This document shows, in pieces, positions 9,022 through 18,442 of a stretch of DNA of 64,000 nt (positions are counted from its first letter, which is position 1; every line of letters begins with the position of its first letter). The position numbers were made by a program, and so were the translations under genes. The notes beneath the pieces are model-generated. The model saw nothing but the letters and a program-made list of their open reading frames with translations, did not search any database and was not told where the DNA came from. The DNA is from Chloroflexota bacterium (GTDB lineage Bacteria > Chloroflexota > Ktedonobacteria > Ktedonobacterales > JADMIN01): positions 749 to 64,748 of the forward strand of contig JAJPKE010000032.1 of assembly GCA_021323855.1 (NCBI GenBank). The letters are read 5' to 3'.

Positions 9022-10101
9022 ATGCAAACAGCGCCTACTGCATCTGAATCTGATACGCCCAATCCACCGCCTGAGTTACAGAAGTTTCAGCGGGTTCGCG
9101 GCTGGCTGAACCGCATCATTACGCCGCTCGTCGTGCGCCGGCTGGCCGTTGCCACGTCCATCTGTATGCTCATCGTCTATGCGATGGGCACGCTGGTGAC
9201 AGATACGGGGTCCGGGCACGGCTGCGGCCAATCGTGGCCGCTCTGCCAGGGCAGGTTCATCCCAGAGTTCGCCATCTCCACTGCCATCGAGTTCAGCCAT
9301 CGCATCGTCGTGGCGCTGGTCTCGTTCCTGGTGATCGGCCTGATGATTGGCATCCTCTGGCTCTATCGCTCACGGCTGGAACTGCTGGTCCTCGCGCCGT
9401 TGATGGTGGTGGCGCTCTTCGCGGAGGCCGGCCTGGGCGCGGCGCTGGTGTTGGCGCCGCAATCGCCGTTGCTGCTGGCGGTGCATTTCGGCTCGTCGCT
9501 GATTCTCTTCACCAGCATCCTGCTGGCGACACTGATCCTTCTACAACTAGGCACCTGGGACCGGCTGCGTGACCGTCCGGTGCCCGGCGGTTTCCGCATC
9601 CTCATCTTCGCGCTGCTGCTCTATACGTATGTCGTCGGTTATCTTGGCGCATACATGCGGCTGCGCGGCGTTGAGCTTGGCTGCCAGGGCTGGCCGCTCT
9701 GCAACGGCAAACTCGTGCCAGGGTTTGAGGGCGCAGCGGGCATCGCCTTCACCCATCGCGTTGCGGCCTTCGTGCTGTTCATCGGCACACTGGCGCTGTT
9801 CCTCTGGGGACGCCGCATCCGCGCGGCGCGGCCAGACCTCTATCGCGGCAGCATCTGGGCTTTCGCCTGTGTGATCGCGCAGGCCTTTGCGGGTGCCATC
9901 GTGGTCCTCACGAAAGTGGCTCAGCAGAGCCAGTTGCTCCACGCCGGCATCATCGCGCTGATCTTCGGTTCACTCTGCTACACGGCCTTGCAGACATTGC
10001 CGCGCCCGGCCTCGGTGCGCAGCATCGTCGCCAAACCTGCGGCATCCAGTGGCGCGAGCGCCACATCAGCATCTTCAGCTTCGGCGGCGGCAACTCGCTA
10101 G
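9022..10101 (+). CDS. ctaA: Heme A synthase (COX15/CtaA family)
   Basis: GCGQSWPLCQG and GCQGWPLCNG Cys pairs, EFSHR, conserved His residues, about 8 TM segments. Confidence 0.9.
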   Translation: MQTAPTASESDTPNPPPELQKFQRVRGWLNRIITPLVVRRLAVATSICMLIVYAMGTLVTDTGSGHGCGQSWPLCQGRFIPEFAISTAIEFSHRIVVALVSFLVIGLMIGILWLYRSRLELLVLAPLMVVALFAEAGLGAALVLAPQSPLLLAVHFGSSLILFTSILLATLILLQLGTWDRLRDRPVPGGFRILIFALLLYTYVVGYLGAYMRLRGVELGCQGWPLCNGKLVPGFEGAAGIAFTHRVAAFVLFIGTLALFLWGRRIRAARPDLYRGSIWAFACVIAQAFAGAIVVLTKVAQQSQLLHAGIIALIFGSLCYTALQTLPRPASVRSIVAKPAASSGASATSASSASAAATR

Positions 10102-10123
10102 CCAGCGACACTCCACGCATGTA

Positions 10124-10158
10124 CGGGATAGCCTGCGCGGGCTATCCCGCTCTTATTT
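10124..10158 (+). terminator. Intrinsic terminator-like hairpin after ctaA
   Basis: CGGGATAGCC-TGCGCG-GGCTATCCCG followed by CTCTTATTT. Confidence 0.6.
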
Positions 10159-10181
10159 GACCAGGAGGGGCTGAACGCGCC

Positions 10182-10358
10182 ATGAGTATGACGCTGCGCA
10201 AGGGAACGCTGGCCGACCTCGATCCACTGCGCGCGCAACATGCCGCGCCGCTGTCCCTTACAGCGACCACCGCCGATGCGTGGGACCAGCACCTACCGCT
10301 GCTGCGCTCCCTCTATCCTATGAGGGATTTCTTGCCAGGCTTCGCCACTGATCTCTAG
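10182..10358 (+). pseudogene. 58-aa ORF, probable internally deleted GNAT remnant
   Basis: GGAGG upstream; begins MSMTLRKGTLADL (GNAT beta1-alpha1-like start) but is far too short; not in the ORF track. Confidence 0.4.
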
Positions 10359-10383
10359 CACCCTACAGCATGCAGTACGAGTT

Positions 10384-11352
10384 TCAAGGAGACAGCGCAA
10401 CCCGCGCACGAAACACGCCGGGTGTGCAGCGCAGCGACAGGACATCACCGTCGAGTCGCCACGCTTCTGCCAGCGTGCCCTGCTCGTCGTAGTCCAGCGG
10501 CGCGAGCGGTCGGAATGTTCGTCCCTCCACCTGAATGATGATCGGCTGGTAAGCCAACAAGCCGCAGGCGAAGTTGTAGGCGTGGCGCGCAGACATCTCC
10601 GGCGTGATAAGCATATCTTCTGCGCTTGGCATGGGATAGCTGGATGCCCGCGCATTGTCCTGTGGGACGGGGTGGAGCGTACCGGTGGCCAGCCCGGCTA
10701 GCGCCTGCGCCAGCAGTTTGCCGCCGCGCGCCGCCAGTTGCGCCTCTAGCGTCCGCGCACTGATGCCATCCGGCACCGGCACTGCCTCTTGCAGCAGCAG
10801 CGGACCGCTATCGAATCCCTCATCCATCAGGTGAATCGTCACGCCCGCCATGCGGTCGCCGCGTCGAAACGTCCAGAACAGCGGATCGGGTCCGCGATTC
10901 TCTGGCAACAACGAAGGATGAACATTGAGGCAACCCAGCCGTGGTATGCGCAAAACTTCAGCGGGGAGGCGGTGTGAGAAACAGGCCACACAGATGGCGT
11001 CCGGCTGATAGGAAGCGAGCGTTGCCAGGGTCGCTGCATCGCGCAGGCTCCCAACTTCTAACAGCGGTAGCGCGTGTTCCTGGGCGATCTGGCGCAGCAT
11101 ATGGGCGGGCGGCGGGGCCAGTTGCGGCAACGCGCCGCGCATCTTGCGCGCTGGTTGTGTCGGCTGCATAGGGTGTGCTTGCGCAATCGGTAATGTGACA
11201 GCCGGTGCGCCTTCCAACTGTGGCGTGACGATGGCGCGCACGTCGTGCCCCGCCGCCAGCAGTGCCGCCAACGGCGGGCCGGAAAATGCGCCGTTCATGC
11301 CGAAATAGACGATACGCAACGGTTCGATGTTTGCCTGCTTTACCTGTGCCAT
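10384..11352 (-). CDS. Formyltransferase, methionyl-tRNA formyltransferase-like
   Basis: LRIVYFG, CLNVHPSLLPENRGPDP, GVTIHLMDEGFDSGP. No def gene is adjacent, so it may be an fmt paralog. Confidence 0.8.
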   Translation of the reverse strand: MAQVKQANIEPLRIVYFGMNGAFSGPPLAALLAAGHDVRAIVTPQLEGAPAVTLPIAQAHPMQPTQPARKMRGALPQLAPPPAHMLRQIAQEHALPLLEVGSLRDAATLATLASYQPDAICVACFSHRLPAEVLRIPRLGCLNVHPSLLPENRGPDPLFWTFRRGDRMAGVTIHLMDEGFDSGPLLLQEAVPVPDGISARTLEAQLAARGGKLLAQALAGLATGTLHPVPQDNARASSYPMPSAEDMLITPEMSARHAYNFACGLLAYQPIIIQVEGRTFRPLAPLDYDEQGTLAEAWRLDGDVLSLRCTPGVFRARVALSP

Positions 11353-11427
11353 GTTACAAAATATGCCTCCCCTGGCACATCATATCCAATAATTCGGATC
11401 AAAGTAGGTCTTTGCAGAGGTAGCAGC

Positions 11428-11450
11428 AGGGCAGACATTCCTGTTTTGCC
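11428..11450. repeat. REP-like palindrome, family A (degenerate)
   Basis: AGGGCAGACATTCCTGTTTTGCC. Confidence 0.5.
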
Positions 11451-11466
11451 AGTGCCAAATGGCCGC

Positions 11467-11493
11467 GAACCTTTTGCCCTCCTCACTCGTGTG
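11467..11493 (+). promoter_or_regulatory. ECF-sigma-type promoter, likely autoregulatory
   Basis: GAAC-N17-CGTGTG upstream of the ECF sigma gene. Confidence 0.55.
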
Positions 11494-11603
11494 TTAGGTG
11501 ACGCCACGCGAGGGAGTCAGCGCGAGGGAGTAAATTGGAGAAGATTGGGACGGATCGAGGCGATCATGAGCGGTGGTGGCAGCATAAATGAAGTGAGCGG
11601 CCT

Positions 11604-12179
11604 ATGGAGAGCATAAGCGACGAGCAATTGCTGGCTGCCGTGCTGGCTGGCGACATGCAGGCGCTGACCGTCCTGGTTGAACGCTACCAGCAGCCGTTGA
11701 CCAATTATCTCGACCGGTTGACCGGCGGGGACTGGTCGCTGGCGCAGGACCTGACGCAAGAGACGTTTCTGCGCGTGCTGCGCTATCACGCCTCGCGTGG
11801 CAGCCGCCCATTCAGACCGTGGCTCTATGCCATCGCCACTAATCTCGCCCGCGATCACTTCAAGTCGGCGGCGGTCCGGCGCGCGCTTTCCTTCGATGCG
11901 CCGCAATTCGAGCCGTGTGAAGATGAGCGCGCCGGGCCAGAGAGCCAGGCGCTGGCAGCAGAGCAGCGAACGACCATCATCGCGGCGTTTTGCACGCTCA
12001 GCAGCGAATACCGCGCGGTTCTGCTGCTGCGCTTCTATAGCGAGATGAGCCTGCAAGAGGTTGCCGATATTCTCAATATTCCGCTGGGCACCGTCAAATC
12101 GCGGCTTTCGGTTGGCCTGAGCCGTCTACGCAAGACGCTTGCCGCCGCTGAGGGCACCAGCCAGGGAGTATTCTCATGA
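11604..12179 (+). CDS. ECF RNA polymerase sigma factor
   Basis: Region 2 (AQDLTQETFLR..FRPWLYAIATNLARD) and region 4 (MSLQEVADILNIPLGTVKSRL). Confidence 0.95.
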   Translation: MESISDEQLLAAVLAGDMQALTVLVERYQQPLTNYLDRLTGGDWSLAQDLTQETFLRVLRYHASRGSRPFRPWLYAIATNLARDHFKSAAVRRALSFDAPQFEPCEDERAGPESQALAAEQRTTIIAAFCTLSSEYRAVLLLRFYSEMSLQEVADILNIPLGTVKSRLSVGLSRLRKTLAAAEGTSQGVFS

Positions 12180-13081
12180 TGAATGATCTATCTCCGTTCT
12201 CGGAGTATCCAGAGCGCCACGAGCGCCACGAGCGACATGAGGGTTTAACTGAAACCTGGCGTGAACTCGAGGCGACTCCAGCGGAAATTGCCGAATGGAC
12301 GCCACTGGCATGGCAACTCACACGCTGGCCGGAGCGGCACATCACGCCCGCCGATACGCAGAGATTGCTGGCGGCGCTTGCTCCGGCCATGCCCGCCGTT
12401 TCGCCGGTGCGCCAGGCAGTACGCGCCCATCAGCGACTGCATCCGCTCCGGCGGCTTGCCGACATGGCGCGCATCCAGGCCAGCATCTTGCAGCCGGCGT
12501 TCTGGCTGGCCAGCGTTATCATTGTGCTGCTGGGAGTAACCGTCGAGGTATCAACTACTTCGACTACTGATACAAGCACCGCCCTGCTCTTGCAAGCAAT
12601 TGGCCCCTTACTCGCCTGTCTCTCCATTGCCTCTGCGTTTCGTAGCACGAGCGCGCGGATGCTGGAGTTTGAGTTGGGATGCCCGCCCTCCGTGCTGCAA
12701 TTGATCGTCACGCGCCTGGTGGTCGTCCTGGGCTACGACACGGCGCTTGGGCTAGGATTGAGCGCCGTCTCCACGCTCGCTGGCGGCAGCAACTTCGTGA
12801 CGTTGACGCTGCACTGGCTGATGCCGCTGCTGCTGGTCGCTGGCATGGCATTCATCCTGTCGCTGTGGCTGCCCACAGCGTATGCCAGCGGCATTGCCTA
12901 TGGCATATGGCTGGCCGCGCTCGCTATGTACTATGCCACGGCTCTGCTACCCTACCGTCTGCCATTCACCGGAGTTCCGGTCGCGTATGAATACGCCATC
13001 GGGATCATCGGTCTGGCGCTGCTCATCGCAGGGACGCTGGCTTTCCCAGAACGGCTTCCGCGCCTACTTCCCAAATCATGA
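12176..13081 (+). CDS. Multi-TM putative anti-sigma factor with an ABC-2 permease-like membrane domain
   Basis: ATGA overlap with the sigma gene; about 100-aa soluble N-terminus, then about 6 TM with EFELGCPPSVLQLIVTRL loop motif. Confidence 0.7.
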   Translation: MMNDLSPFSEYPERHERHERHEGLTETWRELEATPAEIAEWTPLAWQLTRWPERHITPADTQRLLAALAPAMPAVSPVRQAVRAHQRLHPLRRLADMARIQASILQPAFWLASVIIVLLGVTVEVSTTSTTDTSTALLLQAIGPLLACLSIASAFRSTSARMLEFELGCPPSVLQLIVTRLVVVLGYDTALGLGLSAVSTLAGGSNFVTLTLHWLMPLLLVAGMAFILSLWLPTAYASGIAYGIWLAALAMYYATALLPYRLPFTGVPVAYEYAIGIIGLALLIAGTLAFPERLPRLLPKS

Positions 13082-13169
13082 GGCCGTTCGCGCTTCCTCG
13101 CAGTTTCCATGATAGACGTGACAGACATGGCAAACCCGTATCAGTTCAAGAGTCACAAAGGAGATTTCC

Positions 13170-14141
13170 ATGAGTACTGCTACCGCTGCGCTGGCCAGTT
13201 CGCGCCAGCAGACCCAAAGCGCCCGGCACACGCCATCGCTGCTGAGCATCCTGACCTGGGAGCTAAGGCGTTTTCTAGCCAATCGCCTCTTCTGGATTCA
13301 GGCCATCGGCTTCTTCTGCTTTTTGCTGCTGGTGTTCTTGGTTTCGCATAATGACATTAGTATCGGGTATTCCGCTTTTACCTTCGACGGCTCAGTGGCT
13401 ATTTCAAGCCCGTGGGGAATAGTTGAGCAACTTCCTACTGGTTCGTTAATGCTGCTGTGCATGCTGCTGCCTTTCATCAACGCCGATGGCGTGACCCGCG
13501 ACCTGACCCGGCGGACCCATGAACTGCTCATGACCACTGCCGTGCCCAACTGGGCGTATGTCTGGGGACGCTACCTCATTGGCCTCGTGATGAGCCTGGG
13601 GCTGGCGATTGTGCTGCTGGTTGCCATTCTGGGGCTGGGCCTGGCGCGGCATCTGACTGACGCAAACTATCCTGCGCCTGTCATCGGCCCGGTGCTGCTC
13701 CTCTGGGTCGGTATGGTCCTTCCGGCGGTGATCCTAGTGAGCAACCTGAGCTTTGCCCTGGGCACCATCTTTCCACGCCAGTCTACGCTCATCAAAATTG
13801 CGGTGCTGTTCGGGTGGTTCTTTGGAGCATTGATTGTGCCTGCCGCCATGGGCCTCCAAAACAGCCAGACTCCGCCTGCCTGGTACAGCGCCTGGGATCC
13901 GACCAGCGCGGTCAGTGCAGCCGCAACGCGCCCCCAGTATGATGCGGCCTTCAGTCATCTGCTCAAAACGGCTACCAGTCTGGTGCAAGCGCAGCATGAC
14001 TTCCTTACTGTCGAGAACATGGTGCCCAACGTCTCGGCGTGGTTTGCGCAGCACCTGATCCTCGGCGCGCTGAGCCTCGTGTTCGTGGCGCTGGCAGCAT
14101 TCACCTTCCAGCGGTTCCGTAACGCCCTCAGCGCTTCATAA
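13170..14141 (+). CDS. ABC-2 type transporter permease
   Basis: WELRR start, RDLTRRTHELLMTTAV..YVWGRYL motif, about 6 TM. Confidence 0.85.
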   Translation: MSTATAALASSRQQTQSARHTPSLLSILTWELRRFLANRLFWIQAIGFFCFLLLVFLVSHNDISIGYSAFTFDGSVAISSPWGIVEQLPTGSLMLLCMLLPFINADGVTRDLTRRTHELLMTTAVPNWAYVWGRYLIGLVMSLGLAIVLLVAILGLGLARHLTDANYPAPVIGPVLLLWVGMVLPAVILVSNLSFALGTIFPRQSTLIKIAVLFGWFFGALIVPAAMGLQNSQTPPAWYSAWDPTSAVSAAATRPQYDAAFSHLLKTATSLVQAQHDFLTVENMVPNVSAWFAQHLILGALSLVFVALAAFTFQRFRNALSAS

Positions 14142-14178
14142 TCGTAACGCCCGAATGATAAGAAAGAGAGTACCAGCA

Positions 14179-15054
14179 ATGGAACTAGCAATTGATAACG
14201 TGGGCCGGCAATATGGAACTGCCTGGGCAGTGCGTGATATTTCACTGCGCTGTGGCCCGGAGCTGGTCGCTCTGATCGGCCCCAACGGCGCGGGCAAGAC
14301 GACGCTGATGCGTATGATTGCGACATTGCTCGAACCAACCACTGGCAGCATTACCTGGAATGGCATGGATACGCACACGCACGGCAGTCAGTTGCGCCAT
14401 GTTCTCGGCTATCTGCCGCAGGAGTTCGGCATCTATCCGGAGTTTACGGGCCGGCAATTCCTGCGTTATCTGGCTGCTATGAAGGGCTTGCCGCGCGATC
14501 TGGCAAACCGGCGTGTTGACGCGATGCTGGAACTGGTGAATATGGAGCGCGCGGCAGACAACCGGCTGACCACCTATTCCGGCGGCATGAAGCAGCGCAT
14601 CGGCATCGCCCAGGCGCTCTTGAACGATCCCGAATTGCTGATCGTGGATGAGCCGACAGCGGGGTTGGACCCCGAAGAGCGGGTACGTTTCCGCACGTTA
14701 CTCGCCAGCCTGACCGCTGACCGCATCATCCTGCTCTCGACGCATATCGTCGGCGATGTCGAGGCGGTTGCGGCGCGGCTCGTCATCATGAAAGATGGGC
14801 GCCTGCTGACGGATACGACGCCTGAAACGTTGCTGGCGCGCGCTCAGGGGCGGGTCTGGACGGTGACGGTTGACCCGGCCACGGCGCAGCACATACAGCA
14901 GACACAACTCGTCAGTGCGATGATTCAACGTCCGGGTGGCATTTATCTGCGCATCGTCGGTGAGCAGCGCCCACACGATGCCGCTGTGGTGGATACGCCC
15001 AATCTCGAAGACGCCTATCTCCTGGCGACGAAAGAAGCGCCTGCGCTGGCGTGA
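14179..15054 (+). CDS. ABC transporter ATP-binding protein
   Basis: GPNGAGKT, YSGGMKQR, LIVDEPTAGLD, LSTH. Confidence 0.95.
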   Translation: MELAIDNVGRQYGTAWAVRDISLRCGPELVALIGPNGAGKTTLMRMIATLLEPTTGSITWNGMDTHTHGSQLRHVLGYLPQEFGIYPEFTGRQFLRYLAAMKGLPRDLANRRVDAMLELVNMERAADNRLTTYSGGMKQRIGIAQALLNDPELLIVDEPTAGLDPEERVRFRTLLASLTADRIILLSTHIVGDVEAVAARLVIMKDGRLLTDTTPETLLARAQGRVWTVTVDPATAQHIQQTQLVSAMIQRPGGIYLRIVGEQRPHDAAVVDTPNLEDAYLLATKEAPALA

Positions 15055-15092
15055 CCTCACCCCCTGACCCCCTCTCCCGCGAGGAGAGGGGG
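15055..15092 (+). repeat. REP-like element, family B (CCTCACCCC..CCCCTCTCC-N-GGAGAGGGG)
   Basis: Directly after the stop codon; similar copies at 49607 (inverted) and 61254. Confidence 0.7.
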
Positions 15093-15252
15093 AACCATGT
15101 CTCACCTGATGGTGTGATGACACACACACTATCCTCCTGTTGAAACCTCTTTTACTGGCAGAGAGCGTGTCACACCTGCCGCGATATGCTATTGTTTAGA
15201 GAGAGTATTGCTTGTGATGGCATGAGATGGCGAGCGGTCAGGAGTGTGTGAT

Positions 15253-15585
15253 ATGCCACGAATGGTTCAGTGCGAGAAGCTTGGCCGTGAGTTGCCAGGG
15301 CTGGAGAGGCCACCGATTCCGGGCGAATTAGGGCAGCGTATCTACGAACACATCTCTCAGCAGGCATGGGATATGTGGCAGGAGCAGTCGCGTCTGCTCA
15401 TCAACCACTATGGGCTGAATCTGGCCGATCCGGATGCGCGCCAGATTTTGCGGCAGCAGATGGAAGAGTTTCTCTTTGGTGAGAATGCGCGCATGCCCGA
15501 AGGATGGGTGCCCGAAGGCCAGGGCGGCAAAGGTGGCGGCGCTCCGGCTGCCAAAGGTGGCGGCGCGCCCGCGCGTAAGAAATAG
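15253..15585 (+). CDS. yggX: Fe(II)-trafficking / oxidative damage protection protein YggX
   Basis: MPRMVQCEKLG..PGELGQRIYEHISQQAW..LLINHYGLN..ARQIL..QMEEFLF; Gly/Lys-rich duplicated tail (KGGGAPA x2). Confidence 0.9.
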   Translation: MPRMVQCEKLGRELPGLERPPIPGELGQRIYEHISQQAWDMWQEQSRLLINHYGLNLADPDARQILRQQMEEFLFGENARMPEGWVPEGQGGKGGGAPAAKGGGAPARKK

Positions 15586-15599
15586 TCAGTAGTCCAGAC

Positions 15600-17051
15600 A
15601 TGAAAGCACCAGGCGACATTCTCCTGATCTCCTGCTATGAACTGGGCCATCAGCCGCTGAATCTGGCTTCGCCACTGGCCGTGCTGCGTCAGGCTGGCTA
15701 TGCGCCGGTTGCCGTGGATACCTCGGTGGATACGCTGGATGACGCCGCCATTCGCGCCGCGCGGCTGGTCGCTATCTCCGTCCCCATGCACACGGCGCTG
15801 CGGCTCGGCGTCGCCATCGCAGAGCGCGTGCGGCTGCTGAATCCGGCGGCGCATATCTGTTTCTATGGCCTCTATGCCTCGCTGAACGGCGATTACCTCT
15901 TGCGTGAGTATGCGGACTCGGTGATCGGCGGCGAATTCGAGGAGGCGCTGCTTGCGCTCGCGCAGGCGCTCGCATCTGGTGAGCCGCTGGCCATCCCTGG
16001 CGTGCGCACGCGCGACGTAGCGGCAGCGCCCATTCTGAAGCGGCTGCCGTTCGTCCAGCCGGCCCGCGAGACGCTCCCTGCAGGCACCCGCTACGCTTAT
16101 CTGGTGCGCGACGGGCGGGCGGTGCGCGCGGGCTATGTGGAGGCCAGCCGGGGCTGCCTGCACACCTGCCGCCACTGCCCGATCACGCCGGTCTATGGCG
16201 GGCGCTTCTTCGTGGTGCCGCGCGAGATCGTGCTGGAAGATATTCGCGCGCAGGTGCGGCGCGGCGCGCGGCACATCACATTTGGCGACCCCGATTTCCT
16301 CAACGGTCCCGGTCACTCGCTGGCCATCATGCGCGCGCTGCATCAGGAGTTTCCTGATGTCACCTTCGACGCGACGATCAAGATCGAGCATATCCTCGAA
16401 CGGCGCGACCTCTTCCCGGAACTGGCGGCGCTCGGCTGTGCGTTTGTCGTCTCGGCGGTGGAATCGTTGAGCGAGGAAGTGCTGCGCCATCTGAAGAAGG
16501 GCCACACCCGCGCGGACTTCGCGGAGGCGCTGGCGATTCTGGACGCCGCTGGTATCCCGATGCGCCCGACCTTCGTTGCCTTCACACCCTGGACCACGCC
16601 ACGCGATTATCTGGAGGTGCTGGCGTTCATCGCAGAGCATGACTTAGTTGGGCATGTAGACCCCATCCAATATGCCATTCGCCTGCTGGTGCCGCCCGGC
16701 TCGGCGCTGCTCGAAGAAGCTGACGCCGCCGACTGGTTGGGTCCGCTGGATGAGGCGGCCTTCACCTATCGCTGGGACCATCCGAATCCCCAGATGGATG
16801 CGCTCCAGCGCGAAGTGACGGCATTGGCGGAACGGGCGGCGCGCGAGCAATGGGACCACGAGACGGCCTTCGAGGAGGTTTGTGCGCTGGCGGAGGCGTA
16901 TCTCGGCGAGCCAGTGCCCGTGCCACAGGGCGTCTATGCGCGCGGCGGCGTGCGGACGGCGCGGCGACCTGTGCCGCACCTCAGCGAGCCGTGGTTCTGC
17001 TGAGCAGAGCCAACATCGGGCCAGTTGGGTCCCCTCATCCCCCGCCTCTAA
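15600..17051 (+). CDS. CUAEP/CCAEP-tail radical SAM selenoprotein (B12-binding-like N-terminal domain); Sec at TGA 17001-17003
   Basis: ASRGCLHTCRHC CxxxCxxC motif. Reading through the TGA gives PHLSEPWFC-U-AEPTSGQLGPLIPRL-TAA, which matches the family's C(U/C)AEP tail. Confidence 0.85.
17004..17031 (+). promoter_or_regulatory. Candidate bacterial SECIS hairpin
   Basis: GAGCCAAC-ATCGGGCCA-GTTGGGTC stem-loop immediately 3' of the UGA, with loop Gs 15-17 nt downstream of it. Confidence 0.55.
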
Positions 17052-17179
17052 CTGACGCGAGCAGTAACGTACTGCAACAAAGCTGGGGCTTACCTTCACA
17101 ACCCCTCATGACCACTTCAGAAACGATCAGAGAGAATAGGCCGTTGTATAGAGCGATGGCCTAACGCAATAGTGAGGTA

Positions 17180-18442
17180 GTGAAGATGGCGCTTCCCCAA
17201 CAAGAAGATGCAGACAAATCAGGGATACTAGAGGATTTCCTTAGTGACCCTGGATATCTGTATTTCTTGATTCAGGGCGACTCTGAACAAGTCCTACAGC
17301 GATTGCCAGATCATGCGGTTGATATGTGCATCACTAGCCCGCCTTATTGGGGCCAACGAAAATATGAGGGGGAAAGTGCATTAGGAAACGAGCCTCGCTG
17401 GCAAGAGTATGTTACACATCTCATGAGTATTTTTCGACATTTGAAGCGAGTGCTCAAGCCGGACGGTTCATTCTGGCTCAATATTGGTGACACCTATGTA
17501 AAAAAGAATCTTATGGGAATTCCCTGGCGTGTTGCCTTAGCGCTACAAGATGACGGCTGGATCTTACGCAATGCGGTGGTCTGGGACAAGATGAAGGGCA
17601 GCCCAGACAATGCCAAAGACAAGTTGCGCAATGTTCACGAAGAACTTTTCCACTTCGTTCTTCAACCCACGTATTATTATGACGTTGATGCTATTCGCAA
17701 CGAACCAGGAAAGCCCTATTACAGGGATGGCAGAATTGTTACGCCTACCGGCGTCAGCGGCGCAAAATATGAGCAGCAAATCCGCAAAAGCAAGGTTCTT
17801 AGCGAAACCGAGAAGGAGGCGGCGCTTGCCGCACTGGCTGATACGCTCCGCAAGGTAGAAGCTGGTGAGTTACCCGATTTTCGTATGGTCATCCGAGGTA
17901 CACAGCGATCAACCCACTCCGATTCCACCGAGTACAGTGGCAGGGCCAGCGAGCTAAAAGCGAAGGGTTTCGCCATTCTTCCCTATCACAAGAATGGGAC
18001 GAAGCCAGGCGATATATGGCATATTATACCAGAGGACCAGTGGCGCAAAGATGGCCATTACGCTGTGTTTCCATTAGATCTGTGCGAGTTGCCGATTAAG
18101 GCCACATGCCCAGTTGGGGGCATTGTTCTAGACCCTTTCGCTGGCACTGGCACCGCTTTAGTTGAGGCAGTTATGCTCGGTCGCCGGGGGATTGGCATTG
18201 ATTCCAGCCGGTCGTATCTGTCTGAAGCAGAGAAACGCCTCGCTCGTGTTTGCGCTGAGCAGCGCCAAAGAGTTCTGGCACAAGGGGGCCTCTTTGATGA
18301 TGGCACAATTTCCGCAGAGACAGAAAAGCACAAAATGCCCAGTCGAGTTCTACGGAAAGCTCGTCAGCCCAGAAAACCTCGCCGCGTTTCCTCCAATCTT
18401 GGCGGCGCAACATTGCCCATTCCTTTCGAGGACCTGCGTTAA
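17180..18442 (+). CDS. Site-specific DNA methyltransferase, beta class (probably N4-cytosine)
   Basis: Motif IV CITSPPYWG precedes motif I VLDPFAGTGT; lower GC than the flanks. Confidence 0.9.
   Translation: MKMALPQQEDADKSGILEDFLSDPGYLYFLIQGDSEQVLQRLPDHAVDMCITSPPYWGQRKYEGESALGNEPRWQEYVTHLMSIFRHLKRVLKPDGSFWLNIGDTYVKKNLMGIPWRVALALQDDGWILRNAVVWDKMKGSPDNAKDKLRNVHEELFHFVLQPTYYYDVDAIRNEPGKPYYRDGRIVTPTGVSGAKYEQQIRKSKVLSETEKEAALAALADTLRKVEAGELPDFRMVIRGTQRSTHSDSTEYSGRASELKAKGFAILPYHKNGTKPGDIWHIIPEDQWRKDGHYAVFPLDLCELPIKATCPVGGIVLDPFAGTGTALVEAVMLGRRGIGIDSSRSYLSEAEKRLARVCAEQRQRVLAQGGLFDDGTISAETEKHKMPSRVLRKARQPRKPRRVSSNLGGATLPIPFEDLR

Noticed and set aside
15408-16640. 410-aa minus-strand ORF
   Set aside because: Antisense shadow of the radical SAM gene.
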